Assembly (NCBI RefSeq): GCF_037042905.1
Contig: NC_087251.1
Location: forward strand, 18,478,001-18,542,000
Length of the DNA stretch: 64,000 bases
DNA from: Lytechinus pictus
Taxonomy: Eukaryota
Reading direction: 5' to 3'
A program made the position numbers and the translations under genes. A model generated the notes under the pieces. It was not told where the DNA came from and ran no database searches. It saw only the letters and a program-made list of their open reading frames with translations. The first letter of the stretch is position 1, and every line of letters starts with the position of its first letter. Shown here one piece after another: positions 11,971 to 26,100 of this stretch.

Positions 11971-13596
11971 CAAGCGCGGTTGGATATTAAAAGTTTTTTT
12001 GGGGCTGGAGCTGGGGGGGGGGGCTTCAAAAAATTTCGACGTTGGTTTATTCAATACAATGAAAGTGGCCTATAGTGGATAGCCTTATACTGCTCAAGCA
12101 GCTAGTCTCCCCCTTACAAAAAACATATATTTCTAATAGTATGCGAGGGAGCGTAGCGACCGTGCTAAATAAAAGCACATTTACAAAATGCTTGAGAATT
12201 TTTCATCTATATTATATACATTAGGGCCTGATGTTTGTTTTTTTTTATAGATGTAGATGAGGGCATTTAACGATAAGGGGGGGGGGGAGGACTAGTTATA
12301 AGGAAATGGGCTTGTGTTGTTACTCTATCCAGGCGTTTTCAAAAAGACTTTTAACGTAAAAAGTGAAACATGGACGGAGATGGGGTTTTAATGTCAATGA
12401 AACCCCCTTAAAAATATTACGAGGGAGAATGTGGTGACCAAGGAGAAATTTTTTAAAGGGAAATCTAGCATTTGGGGCACCTTATGAACTTTTAAATGTA
12501 CATCTGCAACATCGTTAAATTACTGAATGGGATACTCAACATGCATGAAGGCAGCAAAAGAATACGACCCAAATGAATGATCATTGTGCCCTCTATAACA
12601 CAAAGATTACACAATATAGTATTATAGAGAATATAGTCGAATCATTCTCCATGTTGCTTCTATCATGGGGCAGGGAGCAGGAGGTGATGGCCACGATAAA
12701 TGATATAATAATAAAATATTGGGGATGCGGCAAACATATCGATTTGCCCTGCCCAATAATTTTGACAAAATGAAAAATTTAAGAATCCATTGGAAAATGT
12801 GTTTGAAAAAAAACATCTTAAAGCGCTATAAAACATTAAACTTGACATAAAAATACTATTAAACATGTAAAATTGTAAATTTATCGGTGTGCTTCACGTG
12901 CAAAATACTACATTGTAATTTGGGCCACAGAGCGCGCCGAAAATTTTGTCTTCACCCCCTCTCGCCATCCGAAACATCGATCGGCAATCCTGACTCTATT
13001 CCTATAATATGTTTTAAATAAGTTTAGCCTCAATCGGAGGGTATATACAGAGCCATTTTCTTTAAAAAATATTTTTTTAAATGACGAAAATTCGGAGTTT
13101 AGCCTCAATCGGAGGGTATATACAGAGCCATTTTCTTTAAAAAATATTTTTTTAAATGACGAAAATTCGGAGCGCTTTTGACAAAATCACGGACAGGTTC
13201 AGGGTTAAAACTTCAATTTTATGGCATTATAGCTTTGTTATATTCGTGGTGGATGAAGTATATAGGGTGGTTAATTTTGGGGGGGGGGGGAGTTGCAAGG
13301 CACATATTGTAGGAGATCATTCGAGTTTTATACTCGCATTAATGTATTTTGCATTTAGATGATATTTTGCGAGATAGCGTTTAGCGACCGAGCGAGAAAA
13401 TTTTCGGATTTGAATAGTAAAAACTTTGATTTTAAAGCACTTTAAGGACATGAATGGAATACTACATTGATCAATACAAAAAATACGCAATTATAGGGCC
13501 TACATAATCTATTTTGGGGGTTTGTGCTAGGATTTTTTTTGGGGGGGGCTACGGTCCCCAAAGCCCCCCCCCCCCCCTCGCCTAAAACCGCGCCTG
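11971..13596. mobile_element. Older hAT-like non-autonomous element (~1.6 kb)
   Basis: CAAGCGCGGTT ... AACCGCGCCTG termini. Flanks TATCCTCC (plus a poly-C expansion) / AATCCTCC. Internal GAGCGTAGCGACCG-type motifs. Confidence 0.6.
13021..13172. repeat. Perfect 75-bp tandem duplication
   Basis: AGTTTAGCCTCAATCGGAGG...GAAAATTCGG starts at 13021 and again at 13096. Confidence 0.95.
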
Positions 13597-13805
13597 AATC
13601 CTCCTCGATATTATTCTCTTCTTCTTTTATCATCACTATCATCATCTTCTCTTCCTCCTTCTGCTTTTTCTCTTTCTTTTTTTTTTCTTCTTCTTCTTGT
13701 TCTTCTAATTCTTTTTCTTCTTTGTCTTTTTTCTTATCCTTCTTCTCCTTCCTCCTCCTCCTCCAAGCTCCTTCATCTTCATCTTCATCTTCTTCTTCTT
13801 AAAAA

Positions 13806-14097
13806 TGATAATAATAATAATAATAATAGGCATTTATATAGCGCCATCTATCTAGAAATATTCTATTCCGAGGCGCGATGTTATTATCATTATTAGCACG
13901 GCTTTAGCTCGAGCTGCCTTTCAGCGCTCATGCATTCAAGGAATTAATCCTGCCGGGTACCCATTCACCTCACCTGGGTTGAGTGCAGCACAATGTGGAT
14001 AAATTTCTTGCTGAAGGAAATTACGCCATGGCTGGGATTCGAACCCACGACCCTCTATTTCAAAGTCAGAAGACTAATCCACTGGGCCACAGCGCTC
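13806..14097 (-). mobile_element. Full-length tRNA-derived SINE
   Basis: On -: A box TGGCCCAGTGG and B box GGTTCGAATCC, a central core, and a LINE-like tail GCGCTATATAAATG ending in (ATT)n. Confidence 0.85.
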
Positions 14098-15148
14098 TTC
14101 TGCTTCTTCTCATTCTTTTTCTTGGAAGGTCTTCGCAACCACGGGCGATGATGGTTAAAATAAATACTTTTTGATGGGAAGAGGAGTTAACGATAAAAAT
14201 CGCCATTCACGAGAACAGACTCCATCGTACTTTGTTCCATAATTCCATGATTCACTAGAGAATAATTTATACCCGATGCGTAAATTCGTAGGAAATGCGT
14301 TCAGCAATTTCAATCCGTTGCCCTCTGCTTCCCTCTCGTCATTTCCATTCAAACTTTATCAAGAGTTATTGGCAGCCATGCATTGTAAATGAAAGCCGAT
14401 GCCCTATAGATCATTGTTCACTTTCTTTTTTTTTTTGTTCTTTTTTTTTATTCACTTGCCTTTCATTACTACGATAAAGTCAGTTTAGCAATTATCTAAT
14501 CAAAATACTAATTACTAATTAGTGATAAGAATAATTATCTATAGCTTGCAGGTATATGGCCTCCTATATTAACCTCCGCGTATACATTGCATGTGACTTT
14601 TTAATTTGTGATATTGCATTCTGAGCCATGCTTGTCATATGAAGATCTCATTATAGATTTTTTTTTTAATCTAGGATAAAATTGCGATCTGGATTTTCAG
14701 GCATGTCGACTTATTAAAAAAAAATATTTTCCTTGTAGAATTTTCGAAATGAATGTCGACCTATTCTATTTCCTTGGTGAACTGTTTTCGTCGACAAGAA
14801 CCAATTTTGTACAAAGTGAACCCACTTTAATATACGTGCTTAAAATGAATGAATTGTAAAATTTGCGGAATCATGTACATTTCTAATTGAAAGTAATTAC
14901 GAATTACTGTCTAAACTGCCGTCAATAATTGTGTTTCTAGTTATCCAACACATGAAAAGACATGAGATATATAAAAATAGATCATTACTGCAGTATCACG
15001 GTTACAATTCAATATTTCATCAAATAATGTACATACTGCATAGTGGGATCGTCGTTTGTGTCATCATATGACATTGCGATTATCATTTAGATTTCGGAAG
15101 TAAGAAAAAAAATCCAATCATTATTAAATGTTCATAAAACCCCCACCT

Positions 15149-15338
15149 CACTGGCGGATCCAGGGGGAGGGGAACCGGCCCGTGCCCCTCCCCCTTGGGC
15201 GGCACAATTAAAATTGTAATGTAAAAATGCCGTTTAAACAGACGGTGTGCCCCCCCCCCCTTTGAAAATGAAGGCCTTTTTTTTGCTTGTAAAATTTTTC
15301 CTCGGGAAAAATGTGCCCCCCCCTTTGAAAAATCCCTG
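15149..15338. mobile_element. ~300-bp MITE family copy (internally deleted) just upstream of the globin promoter region
   Basis: CACTGGCGGATCCAGGGGG... AAATCCCTG. Flanks CCCCACCT / CTCCAACT. Confidence 0.75.
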
Positions 15339-15806
15339 CTCCAACTTTTAACATAAAACTGTATATTCTACAGCGGGGTAGGCCTATTCTCACGATAATA
15401 CATTGAATAATACAAGATCAAAAGAGAGCTTCCATTTCATTTCATTTCAAAAAGCAGAAATGCGTGGGATTTGATTTTATTGAGAGGTTGAATTGGAAAA
15501 TGATTGATGAGAAAATCGAGATGGGCTTCATACATCCATTCATAGCAGTGATGAGCAAAGGTATATACGAAAATCGCGAGAAACGCAAATCCCACGAAGC
15601 ACAAGGGCCTAATACACACCCCACGTCATGCACATCCATCTCGAAAACACAATCGTCATACACGCATGATCAAACGCATCCCATCTCTTTTGTAAAGCGT
15701 GCTTTGGCAACCGCTAGGCGCTTGAGCTAGCTGCTGAATCGAGAATACACAATAAACTCCAACCCGCAGATCAGACAGTGACTACACTCATGCGTTCATT
15801 ATCCAG

Positions 15807-15814
15807 TATATAAT
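15807..15814 (+). promoter_or_regulatory. Candidate TATA box of the globin gene
   Basis: TATATAAT about 430 bp upstream of the ATG, in a relatively CpG-rich unique segment. The TSS cannot be verified from sequence. Confidence 0.3.
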
Positions 15815-16235
15815 CGGCCCTATCCACCTTTAATCGCTGCGTGATGATTGATTTCTCAGGCTGAAATAATTTACAATTCTTTAACATTTCTATCTTTTGT
15901 CATGGATGTGAACGTTATATTAACGTGGTAAGAAGGAAGTGAGCATTTTACTAACAAAACAAAGAAAACGGATCCATTTTTTTTGTCCAGCTATCGACAA
16001 CGTTAACGCTGAGGTTACAGGCCAACTGTCTGTTGGAATACTCATCTCATTTCGCGGCGCCACGGGCAAAGCGGAGCAAAGAGCCAAGTTAAGTGGGAAA
16101 CCCCACTTTATTCCACTAAAAAATGCATTAACATGAGGTAATAATGAGGATAAATACCATGATTTTATCTAGCGATACAGAATCCTAACTTAGCCTGGAT
16201 ATGACACGCTGAAGACATCTTGTTTTTTGGAACTC

Positions 16236-16426
16236 ATGGGTTGCTCATCATCTACGGCTGATGTTAAACGAGGTGGGTACTCTAACGGGAAGCTACCCGA
16301 GCCAAGCGCTCCACCACCGACCGACCCTCGTCTACCTCTCACTGCCAGACAAAAGTTCAGTCTCGAAAAGTCTTGGAAAGCCGTTCAGAGGGACATGGAA
16401 GGGGTTGGAATGAACACATTATTGAG
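16236..16426 (+). CDS. GbXL: Globin X-like (N-acylated globin), coding exon 1
   Basis: ATG at 16236 gives MGCSSSTADVKRGG...PPPTDPRLPLTARQKFSLEKSWKAVQRDMEGVGMNTLL(R). This contains a Gly2/Cys3/Ser6 acylation motif, the A-helix 'LT..QK..L..SW' and the B helix. It ends at AG|GTAACG in phase 2, the conserved globin B12.2 intron position. Confidence 0.93.
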
Positions 16427-19400
16427 GTAACGATCTAGATAAGATGTGAACATACCGATAACGTGTAGGCTACATTTATTTTTGTTTGCTTCGTCAGGCC
16501 AGACCTTCAATAATATTAAATTTATCAATATATTCATTTGCCTTGTCACCCCTCTCATCGGCCTTTACTACTTTTGAGCTCTTTCTAATTTTCAAATTTT
16601 TTATATAGAAAAAGTCGAAATATAGACCTGTTTGTAAATGATTTGCTGATTTTATCCTGAACCCCGTGCTGATGGATGTGTATAGAAAAAAGTTTATATC
16701 AATTATCTCTGTCAATACACCGATCATTGCTTCTTTATAATTTATGTCAGCTGTGATTTCACATTTTAAAGAGATGTTATTGAATAATGCACGTATCGGT
16801 TCATTCACCCAGCATGTTATTTATATATTTGGTTGGTGCAAGTCGAATGAGAGGAAGATTAGGGAAAGAGGGTGAAAGTGGTTGGCCCATTTCATGCCCA
16901 TACAAACCAACACAACAATATAAACAAAAACTTAAGTATCTATCAATGAAAATCTGAAAAATACTATAGAGATACATCAATACCCTGGCAAAAAAATGAC
17001 GTAATTTAGAAAAAATAAGAATTATTATGCAAGGTTCTTGAGTACACCGCCATCATTAGGAAATAGGAGTTAAGTGCATGGTAAACTCTCTTCAGTATTA
17101 TAATCATAATAACGGACTTTTAAGCTGTTGTTAAGAACTAAGCTTCTCATATATTCCAATATATACTATCAGTATCATTTTGAGAAGTTTGTTTAGGTTT
17201 GGCGATTTTTTTTTCAATTCAGAAGATTAATTTTGTTACAGTTGTTTCTACACTCTAAGAGATGAAGATACATCAAGGAATGCAAGGATGCAATCCTTTA
17301 CGAAAATGCTATCAGCTGCAATCCTTTAGATGGTGCAACTTTGCATCCATTTGAGGAAAATATCAATGGAAGACTTGGAATGTTGCATCCTTAATTTGAT
17401 GTAATTATTGATTTCAAATTTTATAGGACCAACTTCGTCGTTTTATGATATACATGTGATTTATAACGACATAGTTGTGATCCTCTATCACGAATACAAA
17501 AGGATATATTGCCTACAATAAAATACAAAAAATAATATTGAGTGAGTTTTCTTTCGGCTCTCTTATTTTGCATCCTGAAGAAAGGATGTGCATATAACTG
17601 TTGTGAAAATAAGCGGAAACAGCACATGTCATATCATTTTCCATTTACATCCGATTTCGATGAAATTTTTAGTGTTTTTGCTTGTCTCACTTTCTCTTCT
17701 TGCTCACATCAACTTATTGTTGGAGTGGCCTTGGCTTTTAAAGGTGTTTTTTAATGAAAAATGTTTTACTCATAATGAAGTGCATGCATTTTTCATGGTT
17801 ACCATGACAGTCTCAATAAACATCGTAGTACCTCATCAATAAAAGATAGCCAGGGACAAGCTACACTGGTTAGATGATAACTGCCACATCCACAGAACCA
17901 AAATTACATTTTTTCACTCAATATTTACAGCCCTTGATAGTATCACTCAATTGAGTAAGTTACAAGCGAAATGAAAAGTATGTTATTTACATAACGACAA
18001 TACTGATAACGAAAGACCCTGGTTTTTTTATTTCGGGTTTTAACTCGTGCAATTTTATATCATGGAAATCAATATTACGTCGTATAATATAGCTTCTAAA
18101 CGATCTCTCAAAATTCAAATAATAAATCGGATTTAGTACACAAGGATGAGTACACAGATGAGTTTTCAATTTTAAAAAATCTATTCAGAAATGTATAAGC
18201 AAGTTTCTGTCTAAAGCAACAGCAAAATTGCTTTTTAAGATAATTTTAAAACGAAAGAATAACGAACATAGTCTTTAAGACAAGTTCATATCCAATTCCG
18301 TAACATAACCATGCAGTTTCTGTCAACTGAGCGCCTGATGTGTGATTGCTTTTGCCTTTTAAATTTTGATGTTGTTTTATTCTTAGCCCCGGAAAAGGAC
18401 CATTTCATATAGTTGCTGCCCTTACATAATGCGTTCCCATAACTCTCAAGAACTATTTATAGGGATTAATAAGAAGGATTTTGTATTAAATCATGACTGA
18501 CATATTTTTGTCGAGTGTATACTATTAAGGGCATGGTTTCTTGGAGGCAGGGGTTCGATTAAGGAGTTCATGAAAAAAGGGAACGGAAATTTCTCAAATT
18601 TTGTTAAAAATACACTCTTAAAAAATAATCACTTAAATAAGTTGGTCGACTTATTTTTAATTTCTGCAGAGATAAAGAAGAAAAAAATAGAATTTTTTCC
18701 CACAATAATCTGAAGCCATGCAAAATACAATTAACATTAGCAAATTATTTTAAAACAGGGGCACCTCCCAGAAAAGCTTGTGATAAAAGCCGAATTTTTT
18801 GGGGAAAGAAGTGGCACTTGTATCCGCCACGATTCGAAAATGACCAGGGGCTCACTAAACTATGGGATTCATACTAGTGAAATGCCTGATGGGGTTTTTA
18901 TTTCATACTTGTTGTTTACACAATAAAGGCTTCATGGTTGCCATATTGGGTAGACTAACGTATCCAAGGTCAAAGAGAGAGCGATGATTAAGGGACACGC
19001 TTCAATCATTAATTAGTGAATATTATGCGAGATCATCAATTACTCAATATTGGTGGTATTTTAACCACGGTATATCTGCAGTGATGATAGAAATGATAAA
19101 TACTTAAAAGAGTATTTTTTATATTTCTTTTGACCTATTAATATAAGTCTCAAAAGTTGGTATTGGATTAAGCAAAGTATTTTTGCAGTGATGAAATTAC
19201 TGATATTTTTTTAAAGAGTATTTTGAATATCTCATCGTTTTTACCCCATCAGACAACCCTATATGATAGGCTTAAAGAGTATGATGAAAATTGAATAAAA
19301 TGAGGATTGTTATGAAAATGATGGTTCCAATCAATATCCTTTGGATCAATTCCCAGCCATAGTGTGTTTTCCTTGAGCAAGAAATTTACCCACATTATTA

Positions 19401-22230
19401 TCATTATTATAAATGTATTTAATTGAATAAAAAAAAAAGGCAACAACACTTAAGAACGATCGAAATAAAATAAGAGATAAGTTAGGACGAGACAAGACAG
19501 TCTAAGCATAATAATAAGCATAAGACAGTGTAGTCCCTTGAGTTTTCCGTGTCCTTTAAAATATCACATGACTGCAGGGGCAGCGCTAGGATATTTTGAT
19601 GTGGCAAGACGCCATTTTTTCTAAATTGAATTACATTGGACACATAAAGTAACACGACCTATACCTCTCTTTTGTATGCTTTTCTTCTTTCTTTACCCCC
19701 TTTTTCGTCTTTTATCCACCTTAAAAAACCCTTTTCACTATTTGAGAAGTAGGGGATGATTGCCCCTCCCCTCCTGTAGCGCCGCACCAGTGTGACTGTT
19801 ATAAGGCTTCATGATACATATTTTAGTTGTTTGAATAGTGAAGTGAAGTGCGAGTTAAATGGTTCTTGTCCTCTTCACTTGCGATGCATCAAAACCTCCT
19901 TCGAATTAAAGATCTTCAAGATATCATTTTCCCGCTCACTGCACAGCATGGTGACGAAACATTATCGTATGTGTTAATGTGGACGTTTAGTATGCAGGAG
20001 ATAGCCAAACAAAATTAAGTCAATAGATTTGACTAAAGACAGCCTTTATGTTTTGCATAGTTCGAATTTATGAAGAGTCAACATTATTTTAGAAAGGAGA
20101 AATGACGTTTTTAACTAAATATTATTTTTACAGACAAAAACCCAAATGTTCTTCATATTTCGAATGTATTAGAAGGGGAATAAGAAGGGAAAATGTTTGG
20201 AACTGAATGTTATAGTTTTTAAATATCAAAATGATAATTGGACAGATCCTGGTTTCAGTTATGGCTTTTTCACCCAGCCTACTTTTATTGCATTAACAGT
20301 AACTGAATAGAGAAGATGTGCACCCATTTATATTACAGTCACGATATTGCAGCATGTTTGCTGTTATTCCAAGTCTCTTTACCTTACACAAAGTTCATAC
20401 ATTCATGTGCAATTTAACCAAAAAATAGAAATAGATTAAAATAATGATTGAAAAATAAGGAAATTATTACTTTGAAAAAAAATATATGTTGAGACAACCA
20501 GATCTCGTTATATATTGTGGATCATAATTATGTTTGAATTGAACGAGTACATACAGTGGGTAATTGTGTGTCTCCAGATTTGTTTTTCGTTATGTGCATA
20601 TCTGTCTGAGTATACTCAAACACTGGACATGCTGGAGGTAAGTGGGAAGGAGGAACCATACATGTTTATGGATAGCATAACGCTAAAATGCTGTTTTGAA
20701 TTTTAAACAATATTGTGATGATATTTACCCATAAAACATCATTTCTATCAAATTTGTTATTACATTCAAATCAATCTCCGTGTAGAGTGTGTCATAAGCA
20801 AGCAAAAATTATATCTGCCACACCCCCCCCCCCCCCTTCGTACATCTCAGCCGGCTTTCCAACATTGGACACAATGCTACCATACCTAAGCCGTGCATAT
20901 TGGTTATGATCATCTATAATCAAACTTTCAACAATCTAATTCCATTCCGCTCTAGCACACTATCAGGGCATCGCGTATACACACAGGGAGGATGAAATCA
21001 GTTCCTATAGCGACTGGATGCATTATGGAGTACGATGGTTGATGTGTGAGCGAGCGAGCAATCATAGGAGAATGAAAGGGAGATAAAGGGAATAGATTAA
21101 TAGATTGATATTCATGGTGAAGATTGACATACAATGTAACTGTGGTAACGGGATGACAAACAGTCTGATGGTTGAACCCCATTAGCAAAATTAGACCCAC
21201 AAAAAGAGATAGATGCCGCCCATTGTAAAAGAAGCTAAACGCTTTAACACTGCCGGTTTTTTTTTTTTTTTATTGCTCGGGGTGTGAGATGGGATAATTT
21301 GTTTTACCCTTGATCTAAATAATTCATCGTTAATCAGTACTAATGGAAATAAACAGTGGATTTCAACATGAGTTGGGACCAATAACATTTAATCCTTTAA
21401 TAACCTTTATATTGAAAAATGCCAGATTACAATGATAGCCTGTGTTTCAAAAGTACTTAGGATAGTCATTACTTGTTCTTTTTTATAAACAATGCTTATT
21501 TCTAAGATATTTATCTTAAAAAAAAACTTAATTGCATGTCTACATAGAATCATTTCAATGACAATCATTGTGGTGATCATCTGCCAAAGTCCTTCCCGTT
21601 CATTTCACCCCCCCTCTCCCTCTCTCCCTACCCCTCCCCTTCCTCTTCCTCCTATTCACATCTTTACTTAGAGCCTGGAAACTTCAACCTATTATCCACC
21701 CTAATTTTACTCACCCTCTTTCGGTCAATGCCTCAAGAGATCTCATTAAGAAACAAGAATCAAAATGTGTTTTTTTTTCAAGAGAGACTTGGGCGAATTA
21801 CACATACTCACACCCTTTCACGCACCTACACGCACACAGATACAGCCCATACCTATATACACACAAACAAACGCACACAAAAATAGCACCTTCACCCGCG
21901 CGCGCGGACACGTACACACACACACACATTCCCATCCTCACCCACGCACCACGCACCCAACATGCTCATCCACACACACAAATACATTTAAATTGAGAGG
22001 TTTGGAAATTTCATTGCCCTAATGATCCCATGGTAGTGGAGATTGTGTATACACTATTAGCGAGAAAGCCAACATTTTGATAGGCTGTGTTGAAAGCACT
22101 GTCTTCAATTTTATGCATTAGTTCAATAGTAAAAGGCAATAATGATAATTGTCATGATATTATTATAACCACGATCGTCACCATCCCTATCCTATACCAG
22201 GTTCAATCAAAATACGTTGTAATGTAGTTA

Positions 22231-22425
22231 CACTCTTAAAATGTTGGGCAGCATACTGTCCACACAACAATTGGTTAAAAGATGTATCCTACTCTGGGTA
22301 GTTTTCAACCAATACTGTGCAGTTTTAATCCAAATCACATTATTGCTCAAAACTACCCAGAATTGGATAAAGTTTTAACCAATATTGTTGTGTAGACAGT
22401 ATGTTGCCCAACAGTTTTAAGAGTG
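22231..22425. mobile_element. Nearly fully palindromic MITE, CACT termini, TA flanks
   Basis: TA-CACTCTTAAAA.TGTTGGGCA.CATACTGTC... matches ...GACAGTATGTTGCCCAACAGTTTTAAGAGTG-TA. Arms are about 75 bp. Confidence 0.88.
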
Positions 22426-22599
22426 TATAATTTATCCATGTGTCATTCTGTAATAATAATAAAATAAAAGCAATGTGACCACCAGTCAAAAGTATCCATT
22501 TTGTAAATAAGCCATTTGAGATTAATTCATTGCGAATAGGAATTTAAGTTGAATCGAAAGAAAGTTAAAAATCCATCAGATTTTAAGTAGTTTGTACTT

Positions 22600-23110
22600 T
22601 TCTACATCCAAGCAAATCTTGATTTTAATAAATAGAAAAATAGTCAAACAAGACAACTGTAATGACAAAAAATTTGATGGAAATTGGCTATGAAATGAGA
22701 AAGTTATGATATTTTAAAGATTCACCTATTTGCAAATACAGTGATATGCAAGCGAGAGAGACAATGATGTCGCACACTGACTCTCTATTTTGCATTGTAT
22801 ATTGTATGAAATATTATTGAAGTTGATGTTAGAATTAGTTTTGATTCCTCATGGAAATCCAATATTATCATCATGATTTATTGTGATTCGGTGGAGTTAT
22901 ATGTAGATATTGATTTTTTTTTCTTCATAAAATGCCCCCCAAATAGTGTGTGACTCTCTCATTTACATGCTGACCGGGATTTGCTAATAACTGTCTTATG
23001 TGAGAACAAACGGAAATCTAAATGCCCTGATTTTTTTATTTCACCAATTTTAATAGACGCAATGTTCAATATTATGCTGCTTGTCTAATTATCCCTAGTT
23101 TAGTCAACAT
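22600..23110. mobile_element. Degraded long-TIR MITE; related relics at ~17590-17741 and ~49540-49950
   Basis: Shared degenerate arm 'ttgatttgaataaa..gaaaa..caaac...atcggatgtaaaa..gaaagttatga' and its reverse complement. Two of the relics end in (C/G)CTTTTAA. Confidence 0.5.
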
Positions 23111-26100
23111 ATAACTTGACTGTTATATGGGTGTATTTGATGTTTGTTTGAAGGACCTGGACTAGCGACGTTTATTCATCTTTAGGCATGAAATACTCGG
23201 TTTAAATGCACTCGAAAACTAGAAAAGACACTTTATGCATAATGTCCTAAGATCTCTTAGTGTCCTTGATCTGTAACAAAATGTGGAAGGAGTGCTCCTA
23301 TTAGAAGTAATGGCTTCCCGCATATATCAAGCTCCACAATGTGTGAAATGTGATTATTGTCGCCTCACGCTGTGGTGGGAAAAGCTGCATAGAATACTAG
23401 TCATTTATTGCCCACTTTATTTCCACATCTCATTTCTCACCATTATGTTTTTGTAATCAACCCCTTTCCGGCTTTTAAACCTCATGTTTTATTTGGTAAG
23501 ACTAAATATATGTCATGTGTGTAGAAATGAAAAAAAATTGTGGGAATGGGAATTCTAAAACTTGAATTTTAAAGATGCTATTAAAAAATTATTTTGTCGG
23601 CATAGCAGGAAGAACACAATATAGATAAATTATATGGCCAATCTAGATATGGACATAAACATGTAATTTGATTGAATAGTGTGGCCATGTCATGTCGCTA
23701 AATGAACCTTCATCATTTTTTTCTCTCTCTCTCTCTCACATACACACCCCTCCACACACACAGCACATCAACATGCACATGTACAGTACCTTCTTTTACA
23801 CATTTACACACACAACTTTTCTTACAGATTCTATCTGATACATATATAAAATGTTATATATTACAGATCTCTCTCTCTCTCTCTCTTACTCTATCCAAAC
23901 TCAATCAGTCAAATACAACCCTAATTTTCTCTGATTAACTGTGTTTTTAGTGTCTAGTAGTACATGTAAGTCCTTGTAATCAATATTCGAGTTCTGCCAA
24001 GATCTAAATCATAAGTTGGTTGATATTGAACAAACTGAGTGGGGAAAAAATATAAGCTGAAAATGTGTAAATTAATTACAATCCATGTTAACTGTTATTT
24101 TGAACGGTGACAAATTCGAATCTTGCACAGCAGCCTAAGAAATTGGCGGTCTGGGAGTCTTGTCACCCTAAAATAACAAGAAATCTCAAGATATTGCCGC
24201 GAATGATTGTTATCTATAGTTTTCCTACTTGCTTCGAGTCTTTTTAATCATTATGCAGATTTCCTGCAAAGCGAATCTGATTTTACTTTTAATTCAATTG
24301 AAAGTCATTTGTAAATAAGAAAAAGCAATATTTTCGAGAAGGATGGGATGAGAAATGACAGACGCATCGGAAATGATACTCCAACTGATGACAATCGTGG
24401 CAATTAACGTCGTTTTATGGCGCCATTTTCTGTTTTAACCGCGTTCAGAGACACAGCTAATGTACGGGGGATATCCCGTCACTCTCATAAACCTACAAAT
24501 AAAATGATAAATTATGCTGATAGATGGAGGTTGTGGTCGGGAAGACACGACGTCCGTCTCTCAATGCTCTGTTGACGTCAATGTTGTCAAAAAGGTGACA
24601 ACGTTTCTGGAGGCTGAAAGCAACACCCATGATACCTTCATGGGGAGTGCTTCACGAACCATCCCGTCAGTGACTTCATCACTGACTAATTCGTTGTGAA
24701 CCAATCGGATGCAGTGATTTCGGTAGCTTATAACAGTTGTGTGTGAAAAATCAGTATTTGTTTAATGAAAATGCTCTCCTGGTAGCCTGTGTAGATTCCC
24801 TGCATGCCTGAACAGGGTGACTGACATGGGAAATTATTCAGAGTCTTGTGAATATAATTACTCTTCTGCCGTTGGGCTAGAAGGTTTCCAGTTTCATCAA
24901 TGATGCAGACACGCATATTTTCGTAGGCCAATGTGTTGAAACCATGCAAATATCTTACATAAGTCAAACATTCTATCATAGAAAAAAGGGAGAAATTATG
25001 AGAGTGATTGCGAAATACACTTGTGTTAGGGCCCGAAGTGTATACCTATTGATGAACATGAAAAAAGACGGACTAAAATTTGAATTTGACAATTAATTTA
25101 ATAATCAAGGAATAAATGGGGATTGTTATTCAAAGAGCGTTTGTATATGCAGTATACAAACAAGGCAGGGGTTGTTACACTATCTATATTGGTTAACGTA
25201 ATACCAGTGCATTTATTCATTATGAATTATGAAATTGACCGGAAAAGTGTTGTAATCCCTTCTGATTGAGTGGTACTGTATTCTGCATAGATAATATTCA
25301 GTGAATGATAGGACGACTCGTTTTATTATACACTCCACCGAGTCAATTACTATAGTAAAACCCCTGCTTTTACTACACACGAAGATAGAGATGGATCTCA
25401 CGTTGAATTAGACTTGGTCTTTGCCCTTTCAATAAATTTCAATAATCCATGATTACAAATAGATGCATCTTGTTCTGTAAATCTGTAATTTGGTTTTCTT
25501 CCATCCTCGCTCACAAACACGCACACCCTCCCACATGAGTGACTTGTGTGTGTGTGCATGAGCTTGGGTAGGAGGGGGTGTATTTATATTTGTGTATCCG
25601 GAAGAATATATTGGTATGTATTATGGAAACAGTAAATTTAATGAGAAAAAAATAATTCTAAAAACATTTATATGAAGGAAAGGAAATAGATCCTTTTTAT
25701 GACAGAGCTGCTTTCAACGAAATCTTAAGAACATATTTTTTAACATTGTAGTATAGGCTTTGAAGCAAATGTTGGGTATAATTTTGTACTCGTCTACATC
25801 AATTGTTTTTAATGAATCTATTTCTCTTCATTAGTATTTCGCCTAATGTAATTTTCTTTCATGTGTTAATTTTGCTTTGTGTCCCATTATAAATTACTGA
25901 AAATTAATCTACCAAAATGATTTCTTAATGAAATTATTTCAAAAAGATCAATTTTCTTGCAAACATTATTTCTCTGGGAATTATTGAATAATTCATAGTA
26001 TTTTAAATAACAATGGTTATTTTATTGACGAATTTCATGTAAGAGCAACAAAATGCTGATAGTAACAATAATCTGCTCAGGTGTGAGTGTGAATGAGTTT

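Noticed and set aside
14020..14097. tRNA-like sequence on the - strand
   Set aside because: It is the head of a SINE with a downstream core and (ATT)n tail, not a stand-alone tRNA gene.
15697..15711. RFX X-box-like site upstream of the globin
   Set aside because: Only one good half-site (GGCAAC); not distinguishable from chance.
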